DNA from: an uncultured Gammaproteobacteria bacterium
Lineage (GTDB): Bacteria > Patescibacteriota > Microgenomatia > CAZETR01 > Amesbacteraceae
Assembly: GCA_964543035.1 (NCBI GenBank)
Contig: CAZIVL010000001.1
Span: 122,000 to 185,999, forward strand
Length of the DNA stretch: 64,000 bases
Direction: 5' to 3'
Shown here piece after piece: positions 1-9,519 of the stretch (position 1 is its first letter; every line of letters starts with the position of its first letter). Made by a program: the position numbers and the translations under genes. The notes beneath the pieces are model-generated. The model worked only from the letters and a program-made list of their open reading frames with translations, was not told where the DNA came from and searched no databases.

Positions 1-1266
1 GGCTGGGTAGACACGCGTCGTGATCACGGCAAGATTGTGTTTATCGATCTGCGTGATCGCACGGGCAAGATCCAGACAGTTCTCACGTCAGAACTAGCTG
101 CCGATCTTCACAGCGAAGATGTGGTGAGTTTTACGGGCCTTGTAAAGGCCAGACCGGAAAAGCTGATTAACCCCAAGATGGCCACGGGTACAGTAGAGCT
201 AGAAGTCAAAAATATCGAAGTGTTATCAAAATCAGACACTCTACCGTTTGATCTAAATCAAGAAACCCTGGAGCTGCAGCTACCCACATTGTTAGATTTT
301 AGAGCTCTTACTTTGAGACATCCAAAACTCCAGGCTATTTTCAAAGTCCAAGAAGTAATCATCGACAGTTTTCGAAAAAGTTTGCAAGAAAGAGATTTCC
401 GAGAATTTCAGGCTCCTAACATCATTTCTTCTATTCCCGAAGGGGGATCCGAAGTTTTCGAAGTAAAATATTTCGATCACAAGGCTTATCTGTCCCAGAG
501 TCCTCAGCTATACAAGTCCCTGTTGGTGGGAGATTTTGAAAGAGTATTTAGTGTAAACAAAGTTTTCCGCGCCGAGCCCAGTGTTACGACTCGTCATTTG
601 ACTGAAGTGGTCAGTCTCGATGCAGAGTTTGGATTCATCGAGTCTTGGCTCGATGTCTTGGAGATGCAAGAATACGTGGTCAGATATATATTTTCCGAAT
701 TGGAAAAAAAGTGTCAGGCCGAGCTGGATCTGTTTGGGGCCACCTTGCCCAAGTTGTCAGACAAGATCCCCTTGATCAAGCTCAGAGATGCCCAAGAAGT
801 GATCTTAAAAAGGACAGGCCGTGACAATCGTCACGAAAAAGATCTGTCTCCCGAAGACGAGCGGGAGATATGCAAATGGTCACTCGAGGAACACGGCTCG
901 GATCTAGTTTTCGTGTCTCATTTCTTGACCAAGAAAAAGCCATTTTATATCCAGCCAGACCCCGAAGATCCAGAGTTTGTTCTCAGTGTGGATCTGCTCG
1001 GCAGAGGAGTCGAGTGGTCCAGTGGTGGCCAAAGACTAAACGATTACGAACATATCAGAAAAAATGTAAAAGAATGGGGATTGAAAGAAGAAGATGTGGC
1101 CATGTATCTTCAGTCCTTTAGATACGGTGTCCCGCCTTTGGGTGGGTTTGCTCTAGGAGCCGAGAGAATGACTATGCACATTTTGGGATTACAAAACGTC
1201 CGCGAGGCCTCACTATTTCCCAGAGATATGGAGCGTGTAGATTTCCGCTTAGCGAGCTCCAGATGA
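1..1266 (+). CDS. aspS: Aspartyl-tRNA synthetase, short non-discriminating/archaeal-like type; 5' end lies outside the window
   Basis: Frame open from base 1 (GWVDTRRDHGKIVFIDLRD, OB-fold); class II motifs QSPQLYK, FRAEPS..TRHL, GGFALGAER, FPRD; lacks the large bacterial GAD insertion. Confidence 0.9.
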   Translation, partial: GWVDTRRDHGKIVFIDLRDRTGKIQTVLTSELAADLHSEDVVSFTGLVKARPEKLINPKMATGTVELEVKNIEVLSKSDTLPFDLNQETLELQLPTLLDFRALTLRHPKLQAIFKVQEVIIDSFRKSLQERDFREFQAPNIISSIPEGGSEVFEVKYFDHKAYLSQSPQLYKSLLVGDFERVFSVNKVFRAEPSVTTRHLTEVVSLDAEFGFIESWLDVLEMQEYVVRYIFSELEKKCQAELDLFGATLPKLSDKIPLIKLRDAQEVILKRTGRDNRHEKDLSPEDEREICKWSLEEHGSDLVFVSHFLTKKKPFYIQPDPEDPEFVLSVDLLGRGVEWSSGGQRLNDYEHIRKNVKEWGLKEEDVAMYLQSFRYGVPPLGGFALGAERMTMHILGLQNVREASLFPRDMERVDFRLASSR

Positions 1267-2153
1267 AAACTCTTCTTAGACTAGCAATCCTGCTCGTCTT
1301 AGTTTTACTTATTCTTTTTGCAGTTAGGTACATCGCCATCTCTCTCCTGGATTCTCCCATTACCAGATTTACACAAGTCGCACCAGTTACTCAGGGCCTT
1401 CCAGTTCCTGACGTTGTCGCAAAAAGTATTTTTATCATTGACCCAGATTCGCAGACCGTTTTGTACCAGCACAATGCCGACGAGAGATTGTATCCGGCAT
1501 CCACGACCAAGATGTTGACGGCTCTTGTGGCCAATGAATCATTTCCTCATGATCAAAAAATTACCGTTACAGTTTCGTATCCTGAGGGTCAGGATGCCGG
1601 CTTCATGCCAGGCGAAGTGGTAGATGTCGAAAATCTTCTCTACGCGCTACTCGTAAACAGTGCCAATGATGCAGCAGAGATCTTTGCCGAAAATTTCCCC
1701 GGAGGAAGACCCGCTTTCGTAGAAGCGATGAATCAAAAAGTAATAAGTTTAGGGTTGCAAAATACATATTTCAAAAATCCAACAGGTCTGGATGAAGACG
1801 GTCACTTCAGTTCAGCCGCCGATCTGGCCCGTATTGCCCAGGAGCTTATCCGCCATCCGTATTTGAGTAAGATTGTCTCCACCGAAGCCGCAGTTATCAA
1901 TACCGTAGATCGCACCATCTATCACCCAGTGACCAACATCAACGAGTTGTTAGGCCACGTCGAGGGAGTCGTAGGTATCAAAACCGGTTTTACCGATCTG
2001 GCCGGTCAGTCGCTAGTGACACTAGTGGATCGCAACCATCACCGGGTTCTGGTGGTACTTCTGGGTAGCACCGACCGCTTTGCAGATACAAAATCCCTCA
2101 TCGACTGGTCCTACTCAAACTTCGACTGGGAAACTGAGAAACTGGACAACTGA
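1263..2153 (+). CDS. D-alanyl-D-alanine carboxypeptidase (peptidase S11)
   Basis: N-terminal TM/signal; PASTTK (SxxK), SANDAA (SxN), GIKTG (KTG). Confidence 0.9.
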   Translation: MKTLLRLAILLVLVLLILFAVRYIAISLLDSPITRFTQVAPVTQGLPVPDVVAKSIFIIDPDSQTVLYQHNADERLYPASTTKMLTALVANESFPHDQKITVTVSYPEGQDAGFMPGEVVDVENLLYALLVNSANDAAEIFAENFPGGRPAFVEAMNQKVISLGLQNTYFKNPTGLDEDGHFSSAADLARIAQELIRHPYLSKIVSTEAAVINTVDRTIYHPVTNINELLGHVEGVVGIKTGFTDLAGQSLVTLVDRNHHRVLVVLLGSTDRFADTKSLIDWSYSNFDWETEKLDN

Positions 2154-2157
2154 TCAA

Positions 2158-3192
2158 CTACTCTACCAAATCAGATCTAATTGCCTGCACGTATCCCATA
2201 AATCCTCCATCGCCCTCAAACACATATACAGGTTGCAAAAAGTTTTGCGGCTCATTGGCCTCATAATATCCCAGAGTTACTTTTCGAACGACAGCAGTCT
2301 GCCCCACTGGTTTGGCGACAAATCCTCCAGCGCCAGTGGACAATTCAGTCCAAGCCTCTTGCACACCTTTCAGAGGATATGTAGCAAAGTCGTCATCGAG
2401 TACCCGTGAGTATTGGTATCCCATTTGCGTCAGCCTCTTGTTTCCTGGCAGTGGTGAAAGTATTGCATATACAGGTGACGCGTCACCTCCGGTTGTCACA
2501 ATTCTCATTTTATCTTTGTCAGCGCGAAACAGATCCACTTTTACAAAATTAGCATCTCGTATCGAGGTCGTCGGCACCATGGCCGATCCCGTGGCCACAA
2601 GGTATGTAAACTTGGCTTGACCTGTCGCCAGATCCGCTTCCAAGACTCCCAGATTTTGCATCAGAGATCTTACTTCTCCGATCGCTTGATTCCCCAGCGG
2701 CACATTGTGTTGGCCATATATAGAGGACTCATCAGTCCAATCAAAATTAAAAGCCATCCGGTCCGACACCACATTTACTTTTAGAGTAGCAGGGATAAGC
2801 GTGTGTTCAAACATATATTCCACTTCATTCAATTGAACTGGCTGATTAGTAAATCCCAGCACCTTTGCCTTTTCTCGGTATCTGTCCAATGACACGAGTC
2901 GCGATTTGTTGATACCTACCACATACGCTTTGGCCACATTTGTCAGATTTGGCAGTCCGCCCTCTATTGTTTCCAGTTTGTATTCCACGCCAGCAGCCGG
3001 GGGATCGACAAACAGCTTAGGGAGTTTTCCATATCTTACAGTCGGCGGAGGTGGCGGTGGAGGATTGAGACGTAAGTAAGTTTGTTTGGCAAAAGCCCAT
3101 ACAAACGGGATGATAGACAGGATCACTATTCCAATCAGCCCAAACTTGATCGTATTCCTCGCAATTCCGCTTACTTCAGTGAGGGTCGCCAT
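2158..3192 (-). CDS. Membrane-anchored hypothetical protein with poly-Pro linker
   Basis: 344 aa ORF, one N-terminal TM, NPPPPPPPT; TATAAT 9 nt upstream of the ATG. Confidence 0.7.
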   Translation of the reverse strand: MATLTEVSGIARNTIKFGLIGIVILSIIPFVWAFAKQTYLRLNPPPPPPPTVRYGKLPKLFVDPPAAGVEYKLETIEGGLPNLTNVAKAYVVGINKSRLVSLDRYREKAKVLGFTNQPVQLNEVEYMFEHTLIPATLKVNVVSDRMAFNFDWTDESSIYGQHNVPLGNQAIGEVRSLMQNLGVLEADLATGQAKFTYLVATGSAMVPTTSIRDANFVKVDLFRADKDKMRIVTTGGDASPVYAILSPLPGNKRLTQMGYQYSRVLDDDFATYPLKGVQEAWTELSTGAGGFVAKPVGQTAVVRKVTLGYYEANEPQNFLQPVYVFEGDGGFMGYVQAIRSDLVE

Positions 3193-3212
3193 AATGGTAA
3201 AATTATAGCATC

Positions 3213-4634
3213 ATGAGCTCCATTCGCACCCGTTTTGCCCCTTCACCTACAGGCACCCCCGACAGTGTTCATCTGGGCTTTGTCATCAGGGCGTTGTGGA
3301 ACTACGCATATGCCAAAAAAAATACTGGCCAATTTTTGCTACGTATCGAAGACACTGATCAAAAAAGATCCCGCCCCGACACCGAAGAAGCCATCTTCGA
3401 CACTTTACACAAATTTGGTATCACATGGGATGAGGGACCAGACGTCGGCGGTCCTTTTGGACCATATCGCCAGTCCGAGAGACTACCGTTATACAAAGAA
3501 GCCGCCATCAAATTAGTCGAAAAAGGTTATGCCTACTATGATTTTGATGCCGTCAAACGCGAAAAAGAAGAGATCAAGGCCGCCTACGAATCAGAAGAGC
3601 AGCTAGCCCAGCTCCAGGTCAGACCCGCCGCGCGTGACCTGGATCCCAAAGTGGCCCAAGAGAGAGTTGATGCTGGAGAGCCATATGTCATTCGTGTAAA
3701 GATTCCTGAAGACCGAGTTTTTGAATTTACCGATTGGATTCTAAAAAAGAAAATCAGTGTGTTAGGAAAGCATGTTTCTGATCTGATCATTCTCAAGTCA
3801 GATGGATTCCCGACGTATCATCTGGCCGTGGCAGTAGACGACATTGCTATGCAAATCAGCCATATTTTTAGAGGCCAAGAGTGGATCTCCACGACTCCTA
3901 TTCATCTATATATGTTCGAGGGTTTGGGTCACCCCGTTCCCCAGATCGGTCACTTCACCGTGATTTTGGACAAGGCTACAAACAAAAAATTTAGCAAAAG
4001 AGATCTCGAGGGCAAGTTCGGGGTCAAGCATTGGCTGGACCGAGGATATCTTCCCGAGGCAATCCTAAATTACCTGATGCTTTTGGGTTGGGCCCCCAAG
4101 GACAATCGCGAGATTTTTTCACTAGGTGAGTTTGTAGAAGCTTTTGACCAAGATGGTGTCCAAAAATCAAATCCCATTTTTGACGAAAGAAAGCTCGATT
4201 GGTTCAATGGACATTATATTAGAAGTACTGATGACACAAAGTTAGCTCAGCTGGTCAGACCATTTTTGTCTCGTGATATTTCAGACGGATTACTCCAAAA
4301 GATTATCCCCTTGGTCAAAGATAGAATGACTACTCTTGCTGATTTTCCATCTTTAACCGAGTTCTTTTTTGTCGCCCCCAGTGCTGTTTCAGATCCAGCC
4401 ATCAACCCTGACCATATCCGCTACGCGGTAGATCAGTTTGATAATTTGATAAAACCCGATTTTGTAGAAAGTGTAAAAGCCAAAGGGTACAAAGTCGGAG
4501 ACTTCTTTATGAGTCTACGTATTGCCATCACAGGCCAGCGCCAGACTCCCCCCATTACCGAAACCATGTTAGTCTTAGGTAAAGAAGAGAGCCTTTCTCG
4601 TCTTAACTTAGCGCTAAAAAATCTGTCATCCTGA
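3213..4634 (+). CDS. gltX: Glutamyl-tRNA synthetase
   Basis: RTRFAPSPTG, LRIEDTD, GPYRQSER, PTYHLAVAVDD, KFSKR (KMSKS-like). Confidence 0.95.
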   Translation: MSSIRTRFAPSPTGTPDSVHLGFVIRALWNYAYAKKNTGQFLLRIEDTDQKRSRPDTEEAIFDTLHKFGITWDEGPDVGGPFGPYRQSERLPLYKEAAIKLVEKGYAYYDFDAVKREKEEIKAAYESEEQLAQLQVRPAARDLDPKVAQERVDAGEPYVIRVKIPEDRVFEFTDWILKKKISVLGKHVSDLIILKSDGFPTYHLAVAVDDIAMQISHIFRGQEWISTTPIHLYMFEGLGHPVPQIGHFTVILDKATNKKFSKRDLEGKFGVKHWLDRGYLPEAILNYLMLLGWAPKDNREIFSLGEFVEAFDQDGVQKSNPIFDERKLDWFNGHYIRSTDDTKLAQLVRPFLSRDISDGLLQKIIPLVKDRMTTLADFPSLTEFFFVAPSAVSDPAINPDHIRYAVDQFDNLIKPDFVESVKAKGYKVGDFFMSLRIAITGQRQTPPITETMLVLGKEESLSRLNLALKNLSS

Positions 4635-4686
4635 GCCGCGCGAAGGATCCAGGCTTTACTGGATTCTTCATTTCATTCAGAATGAC
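4624..4686. repeat. Full palindromic REP-like element (TGTCATCCTGA...GGATCCAG-loop-CTGGATTC...TCAGAATGAC)
   Basis: Imperfect inverted repeat; its left arm recurs at 5987, 20697 and 59916; contains the gltX stop codon. Confidence 0.8.
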
Positions 4687-4691
4687 TATAT

Positions 4692-5621
4692 ATGTTGAAA
4701 CCTGCCATAAATACGGATCTCTTGCGAAACAAGCTCAAGCTCAAATCTCTCCAGTCCGAAAATCTTCTCACCGCCCATCATGGCCCAGCCGTCAAGCTTC
4801 TCCAGTCTGTTGGTATTAGACCCGGAAAATTGCGCGATCATGCCAGAAAATTACTCACCGCCGGGGCTGCCACGGCCACCATCATGCTCACTCCAGGAAC
4901 TGCGCCTATGAGCCACCCCCTTCTTCCGGGATCCACTATTCAGGAATCAGCAACCACGTCGGTAGATCTTCACACCCAATTGGTCTCAGACATGCGAGAT
5001 ATTTTGCCAGAGCAAGTTAAGCCTTTGACCGAAGACCAAGAGATCAAGATTAGCGAAGTCTTGCAAAAGCGTTACGGTCTCCACGCTTATGCCAGGCTGG
5101 AGGGCAACCATCTCAACACAAGTTACGGCCTTATTGGCGCCGAGCAGCATCTGCCCCGTTTTCCAGGCGACACGGTCGAACAGCATGATGCGATTCAGAA
5201 AGCCGGCATCACTCCCGGTCGAGGAGCCTGGGGATATTTTGCATATTCCAAAGAGGATTTGACTCCAGATCTTATTGCCATTGAGCGCTACTACGCTGTC
5301 GTCCAGACTTTGTATTTACCCGACTGGACCACCCGACTTGCTTACTTGCGCGACTGGTACAAATACCGAAAAGTTGCCATCGTAAATCCTGTCAATGGAA
5401 AAGTCATGATCTCAGCTATCGCCGACGCTGGACCTGCGGCTTGGACGGGCAAGCACTTTGGTGGGTCTCCCGAAGTCATGGCCTATCTGGGTCTAAATGT
5501 TGGCAAGCAAAAAGGTCCAGTAGTATTATTCTTTGTAGACGATCCAGAAGACAAAGTGCCATTAGGACCACTTGAAGGAAATCTTGAAGCAAACAAAGTT
5601 TTATTAAGCACTAAATATTAG
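4692..5621 (+). CDS. Conserved hypothetical protein, possible C-terminal double-psi-barrel (RlpA-like) domain
   Basis: 309 aa ORF; KVAIVNPVNGKVMISAIADAGP resembles the DPBB 'V.V.D.GP' pattern. Confidence 0.55.
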   Translation: MLKPAINTDLLRNKLKLKSLQSENLLTAHHGPAVKLLQSVGIRPGKLRDHARKLLTAGAATATIMLTPGTAPMSHPLLPGSTIQESATTSVDLHTQLVSDMRDILPEQVKPLTEDQEIKISEVLQKRYGLHAYARLEGNHLNTSYGLIGAEQHLPRFPGDTVEQHDAIQKAGITPGRGAWGYFAYSKEDLTPDLIAIERYYAVVQTLYLPDWTTRLAYLRDWYKYRKVAIVNPVNGKVMISAIADAGPAAWTGKHFGGSPEVMAYLGLNVGKQKGPVVLFFVDDPEDKVPLGPLEGNLEANKVLLSTKY

Positions 5622-5635
5622 GCATTAAACATTTT

Positions 5636-5968
5636 ATGTCAAAACTTTTTTACGATTCATTGACCGAGCACCAGGATCTTATCGATTCACTTGACCTCCC
5701 CATTGTTTCAGAAGATGAGCGAGTCGAGTTGAGTCAGCTAGTTGACGAGATCATGAGTCACAATATTCTCAACGTCATTCTCAATCATTTGCCAAAAGCC
5801 CATCACGAGGAATTTATCACCAAGTTGCATACCACTCCTCACGACCCAGAATTGTTGGTTTATCTACAAGAGCGTACTGAGGTGGATATCGTAGTCGAGA
5901 TAAAAAATCACGCTGACCGTATAAAAAAAGACATCGTCACAGATATTCACAAATCCCGCCAAAAGTAG
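5636..5968 (+). CDS. Hypothetical helical protein
   Basis: 110 aa ORF starting 14 nt after the previous stop. Confidence 0.6.
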   Translation: MSKLFYDSLTEHQDLIDSLDLPIVSEDERVELSQLVDEIMSHNILNVILNHLPKAHHEEFITKLHTTPHDPELLVYLQERTEVDIVVEIKNHADRIKKDIVTDIHKSRQK

Positions 5969-5986
5969 TAGCGTCCAAGGTTAAGC

Positions 5987-6016
5987 CTGTCATCTTGAAC
6001 GAAGTGAAGGATCCAG
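5987..6016 (+). repeat. Half copy of REP-like element
   Basis: CTGTCATCTTGAACGAAGTGAAGGATCCAG; one mismatch to the 59916 copy. Confidence 0.8.
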
Positions 6017-6031
6017 TACTATAATACGCAC

Positions 6032-6637
6032 ATGATTTATGAGGTAGTCTTCGACCTAGAAACCAAATCTTGGTTCACAGAGACCGGGACCAGTGACCCC
6101 AAAGATTTAGGAGCGTCCATAGTATCTCTCTACAAGCGCCAGCTTGATGACAATCACCAGGAGATAGCAGGAGAGATGCTGTCATTTTGGGAAAAAGATC
6201 TAGACCAAATGTGGAAGCATTTTTTTGAAGCCGATCGCATTATCGGTTTCAACTCTATCGATTTTGATGTCCGTGTATTGGAAGCCTACGCTCCTCGTGA
6301 TTTTGCCAAGTTGCCTCACTTTGACATCATCCAGCATGTAAAAAATTCGTTTGGTCACAGGGTATCCCTGAATGCGATAGCAAAAGACACTTTAGGAGAT
6401 ACCAAGATTGATTCCGGTGCCAACGCGGTCATGTATTGGCAATCCGGTGATCCAGATAAGCTCGCTCTCCTAAAAAAATATTGCGAAGCCGACGTCGATA
6501 TAACGAGGCGCATATATGACTACGGCCTCACGACAAAAAAACTAAAATTTACTGACAAGTGGAATACACCCCGCGTCATCGACATTGATTTTTCCTATCC
6601 CGAAACCACCTCCTCCGTCCAAACTAGTTTGTTTTAG
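6032..6637 (+). CDS. RNase H-like/DEDD 3'-5' exonuclease domain protein (YprB-like)
   Basis: VVFDLET, IIGFNSIDFD, SLNAIA, YCEADV; TATAAT 6 nt before the ATG. Confidence 0.8.
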   Translation: MIYEVVFDLETKSWFTETGTSDPKDLGASIVSLYKRQLDDNHQEIAGEMLSFWEKDLDQMWKHFFEADRIIGFNSIDFDVRVLEAYAPRDFAKLPHFDIIQHVKNSFGHRVSLNAIAKDTLGDTKIDSGANAVMYWQSGDPDKLALLKKYCEADVDITRRIYDYGLTTKKLKFTDKWNTPRVIDIDFSYPETTSSVQTSLF

Positions 6638-6660
6638 TCGTCTCATGCTAGAATAAAAAT

Positions 6661-7422
6661 ATGCCTCTCCTTTTTCTTATTATTCCCACAGTTATTCTTC
6701 TTCTAGTTTCAATAAAACAAATCAATCAGTACGAAAGAGGAGTTCTTTTCACTTTTGGAAAATTTACAGGACTCATGCAGCCAGGCTGGAATTTGGTCCT
6801 GCCAGTTATTCAAGGATATGAAAAAGTCGACATTCGTACCAAAGCCGTCGATGTCCCAAACCAAGAAGCCATTACCAAAGACAATGTCTCCACCCAGATC
6901 TCAGCCGTCATCTACTACAAAGTGGTTGATGCTTCCAAAGCCATTTTAGAAGTTGAAAATTTTTACATCGCCATCGATCAGCTCGCTCAGACTACCATGC
7001 GAAATATCGTGGGAGAAGTTGAGCTCAATGAATTACTGGCAAACCGTGATTCCATTGCCAATCGTATTCGCGACATAGTCGAAGGCACAACTGCTCAGTG
7101 GGGTCTTGAGGTTCTAGCAGTCGAGCTCAAAGATATATTGCTCCCCGCAGACATGAAGCGCACCATGGCCAAGCAAGCAGAAGCCATGCGCGAAAAGCAG
7201 GCCACAATTATCAACTCAGAGGGAGAAGTAGCAGCAGCCCAAAATCTAGCCAAAGCAGCGACTCTCATGGCCCAGACCCCCGGAGCACTCCATTTGAGAA
7301 CCCTAAATTCCATCAACGATATTTCCTCAGATCAGTCCAACACTGTAGTCTTCGTCACTCCCATTGAGGTATTAGAAGCCATCAAAGGCGTGTCAAACTT
7401 TTTGGCCAGCAAGACAAAGTAG
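6661..7422 (+). CDS. SPFH/band 7 (stomatin-like) protein
   Basis: QYERGV..TFG, ITKDNV, LAQTTMR, AKQAEA.RE, ALHLRTL. Confidence 0.9.
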   Translation: MPLLFLIIPTVILLLVSIKQINQYERGVLFTFGKFTGLMQPGWNLVLPVIQGYEKVDIRTKAVDVPNQEAITKDNVSTQISAVIYYKVVDASKAILEVENFYIAIDQLAQTTMRNIVGEVELNELLANRDSIANRIRDIVEGTTAQWGLEVLAVELKDILLPADMKRTMAKQAEAMREKQATIINSEGEVAAAQNLAKAATLMAQTPGALHLRTLNSINDISSDQSNTVVFVTPIEVLEAIKGVSNFLASKTK

Positions 7423-7431
7423 TACCAGCTC

Positions 7432-8004
7432 CTACTTGATGTGGCGCAATATATCCAAGAACTTTCCGTAATTGTTATAGATGATATAGCCGTTTAGGAT
7501 TAGTAGTCCGGGAAACACCAGCGCTTTTTCCATCATCTCTCCTGTCGTGATTCGTAGGGCCTTAAATGGGGGAAAACCAAATTTGATAGGAATGGGAAAC
7601 AGCCACGGCACCCCCTCTTTAGTAATAGTATCGGAGACTAGATGAGACACGTAACCGATCATAAAAGCCCACCACACGATATCCATATCGACAATCAAAA
7701 CTCCGCTAATTTTTGCCAAAAGCCATTTCAGTCCGATTCCGATTAGCCAGACTCCCAAGAGCGAATGTGATATCAGTCGGTGCCCACCCAGCAGCGGCGA
7801 CACAATTCTTGATATTATCGATCCCCCTCGCATCTTACGCCAGATATCCGCCGTCGCCTCATCCAGATCCGGTCCCAGTCCGCCCAGCATATTTGCCCCA
7901 AAAGAGACAACTGCTGTTGCCAGACTCATTTCAAATACAGGTTGATATGCGAGGACCGCCACCATCGCCGTAAATGCCGCCAGATCATGCGTCCTTCCTG
8001 TCAT
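7432..8004 (-). CDS. Membrane-bound metal-dependent hydrolase (YdjM-like)
   Basis: GRTH, PDLD, HRLISHS, SHLVSD..T..GVP motifs; several TMs. Confidence 0.85.
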   Translation of the reverse strand: MTGRTHDLAAFTAMVAVLAYQPVFEMSLATAVVSFGANMLGGLGPDLDEATADIWRKMRGGSIISRIVSPLLGGHRLISHSLLGVWLIGIGLKWLLAKISGVLIVDMDIVWWAFMIGYVSHLVSDTITKEGVPWLFPIPIKFGFPPFKALRITTGEMMEKALVFPGLLILNGYIIYNNYGKFLDILRHIK

Positions 8005-8036
8005 GTTTTCAATTTATCAAGTTAATTTTTATAAAT

Positions 8037-8297
8037 CTACCTTGGGGGCCATTTTTTGACAGGTTGCCCTGTCTCTCTATTTATCAGTGTGCATTTTTTG
8101 GGCTTTTCTCCAACAGCCAGACCCATTCTCTTTCCCACTCCCATGAGACACCACGCTTGTCCTCCCACCACTTTCATCGCGAGACAGTTCGGGCAATCCA
8201 GAGTTTCTGATTTCCACGTTCCAAACCATTCACTCCCAGGTTTTGCTTCGAGCACGTACCATTCATCAGGCGTCAGTCCAAACAAGACTTCGCTCAT
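8037..8297 (-). CDS. Small hypothetical protein with CxxC
   Basis: Start reassigned to MSEVLF, giving an ATGA overlap with the NUDIX stop; CPNC plus two more Cys. Confidence 0.5.
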   Translation of the reverse strand: MSEVLFGLTPDEWYVLEAKPGSEWFGTWKSETLDCPNCLAMKVVGGQAWCLMGVGKRMGLAVGEKPKKCTLINRETGQPVKKWPPR

Positions 8298-8725
8298 AGA
8301 TTCACCATTTCTTCTATTTTTCCACCATCTATCTTCAACACTTTTCCAGCCAATACCAGTGGCAGCCATTCATCATTCCCTTTGTGCATTTGTGAGTAGG
8401 GGATTTCGTTTATTGAGAACCATCGCAATTCTTTGATGGTGTCTTCTCTTATTTTCATTTCACCAGACCACGTATCCGTTAGAAACACATTTAGTTTAAA
8501 TGACCCATTTAGTTCGGCCACTTTTGTAAGCCTTGTTTTATCAAATTCCAGATACGTTTCTTCCTGTACTTCTCGCACCACCGCTTCTTCCAGAGTTTCT
8601 CCTGCTTCTGCAAATCCACCCAATCCATTCCACTTCTCCTCACCGTTGTTGTAATGGATCAATGCCAAAAGTATTTTGTCCCCATTTCTTAGAAAACACA
8701 CCGTCCCCTGTCTATCTGAACTCAT
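8294..8725 (-). CDS. NUDIX hydrolase (MutT/MTH1-like)
   Basis: WNGLGGFAEAGETLEEAVVREVQEET Nudix box; IPYSQM...D..WLP. Confidence 0.9.
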   Translation of the reverse strand: MSSDRQGTVCFLRNGDKILLALIHYNNGEEKWNGLGGFAEAGETLEEAVVREVQEETYLEFDKTRLTKVAELNGSFKLNVFLTDTWSGEMKIREDTIKELRWFSINEIPYSQMHKGNDEWLPLVLAGKVLKIDGGKIEEMVNL

Positions 8726-8729
8726 GGTT

Positions 8730-9071
8730 TTATTTTACTACCTCCACCTCAATCGCTACCATGCCAAATTCCGCTTCTTGTTCCGGTGTATAGAATCTTC
8801 TATACACCTCTATTCCCTGTTCTACAGTTTCCACATCGGGTAACAATTGTTTCAGAGATTCTCTTTCTAGCATACTTCTTATCGAGTCATATTTTGCGAC
8901 TCTTGTTACCACCACCTGCACACTTTCTGTCTCTTCGTTATTTCTGACTTCAATCTCATCGCCCGGTTTCACCTCTGCATACCAGCCCTTTCGCACTCTG
9001 CCCTCGATAGTTTTCTGACCATTTTTCAGAAAAGTAAAATACGGCTCAGCTCTGTGGTTATGATATTTCAT
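8730..9071 (-). CDS. ASCH/PUA-like domain protein
   Basis: PYF..LKNGQKTIEGR, VKPGD.I. Confidence 0.85.
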   Translation of the reverse strand: MKYHNHRAEPYFTFLKNGQKTIEGRVRKGWYAEVKPGDEIEVRNNEETESVQVVVTRVAKYDSIRSMLERESLKQLLPDVETVEQGIEVYRRFYTPEQEAEFGMVAIEVEVVK

Positions 9072-9087
9072 ATCTATTGCCTGCTTT

Positions 9088-9516
9088 TTAAAACCCAGTA
9101 GACCCTATTCCTCCTCTATCTTTATTTCCCAGTTTATCCACTTCTTCAATAATTACCTTCTCAAATTTTAAAACCATTATTTGTCCTACCCTCATACCCT
9201 TTTCTACTACCACCCGCTTTTTTGTAAAGTTTAAAGCCACAAACTTGTATTCATCGCTGTCACCTCTAAAGTCCCAATCACCAATCCCAATTCCAGCTGC
9301 ATTAATAAGACCCAGTTTATGAGTGGAGCTTCGAGCCGCCAGCATCACCCAACTCCCCTTTGGTACTTCAAGCGCAATGTTTAATGGGATATAGCCGATT
9401 GCGCCAGGAGCAATGGTCACCTTCTCACGAGCATAGACATCCATGCAAGCCGCCCCCTCAGTCTTATAACTGGGTAGTGGTATCGTTTTATCAAATCTTT
9501 TAACCTTTATTTTCAT
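9088..9516 (-). CDS. dut: dUTP diphosphatase
   Basis: GAACMD, ARSS, GIGDWDFRG, GQI, RGGIGSTG. Confidence 0.9.
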   Translation of the reverse strand: MKIKVKRFDKTIPLPSYKTEGAACMDVYAREKVTIAPGAIGYIPLNIALEVPKGSWVMLAARSSTHKLGLINAAGIGIGDWDFRGDSDEYKFVALNFTKKRVVVEKGMRVGQIMVLKFEKVIIEEVDKLGNKDRGGIGSTGF

Positions 9517-9519
9517 ACT

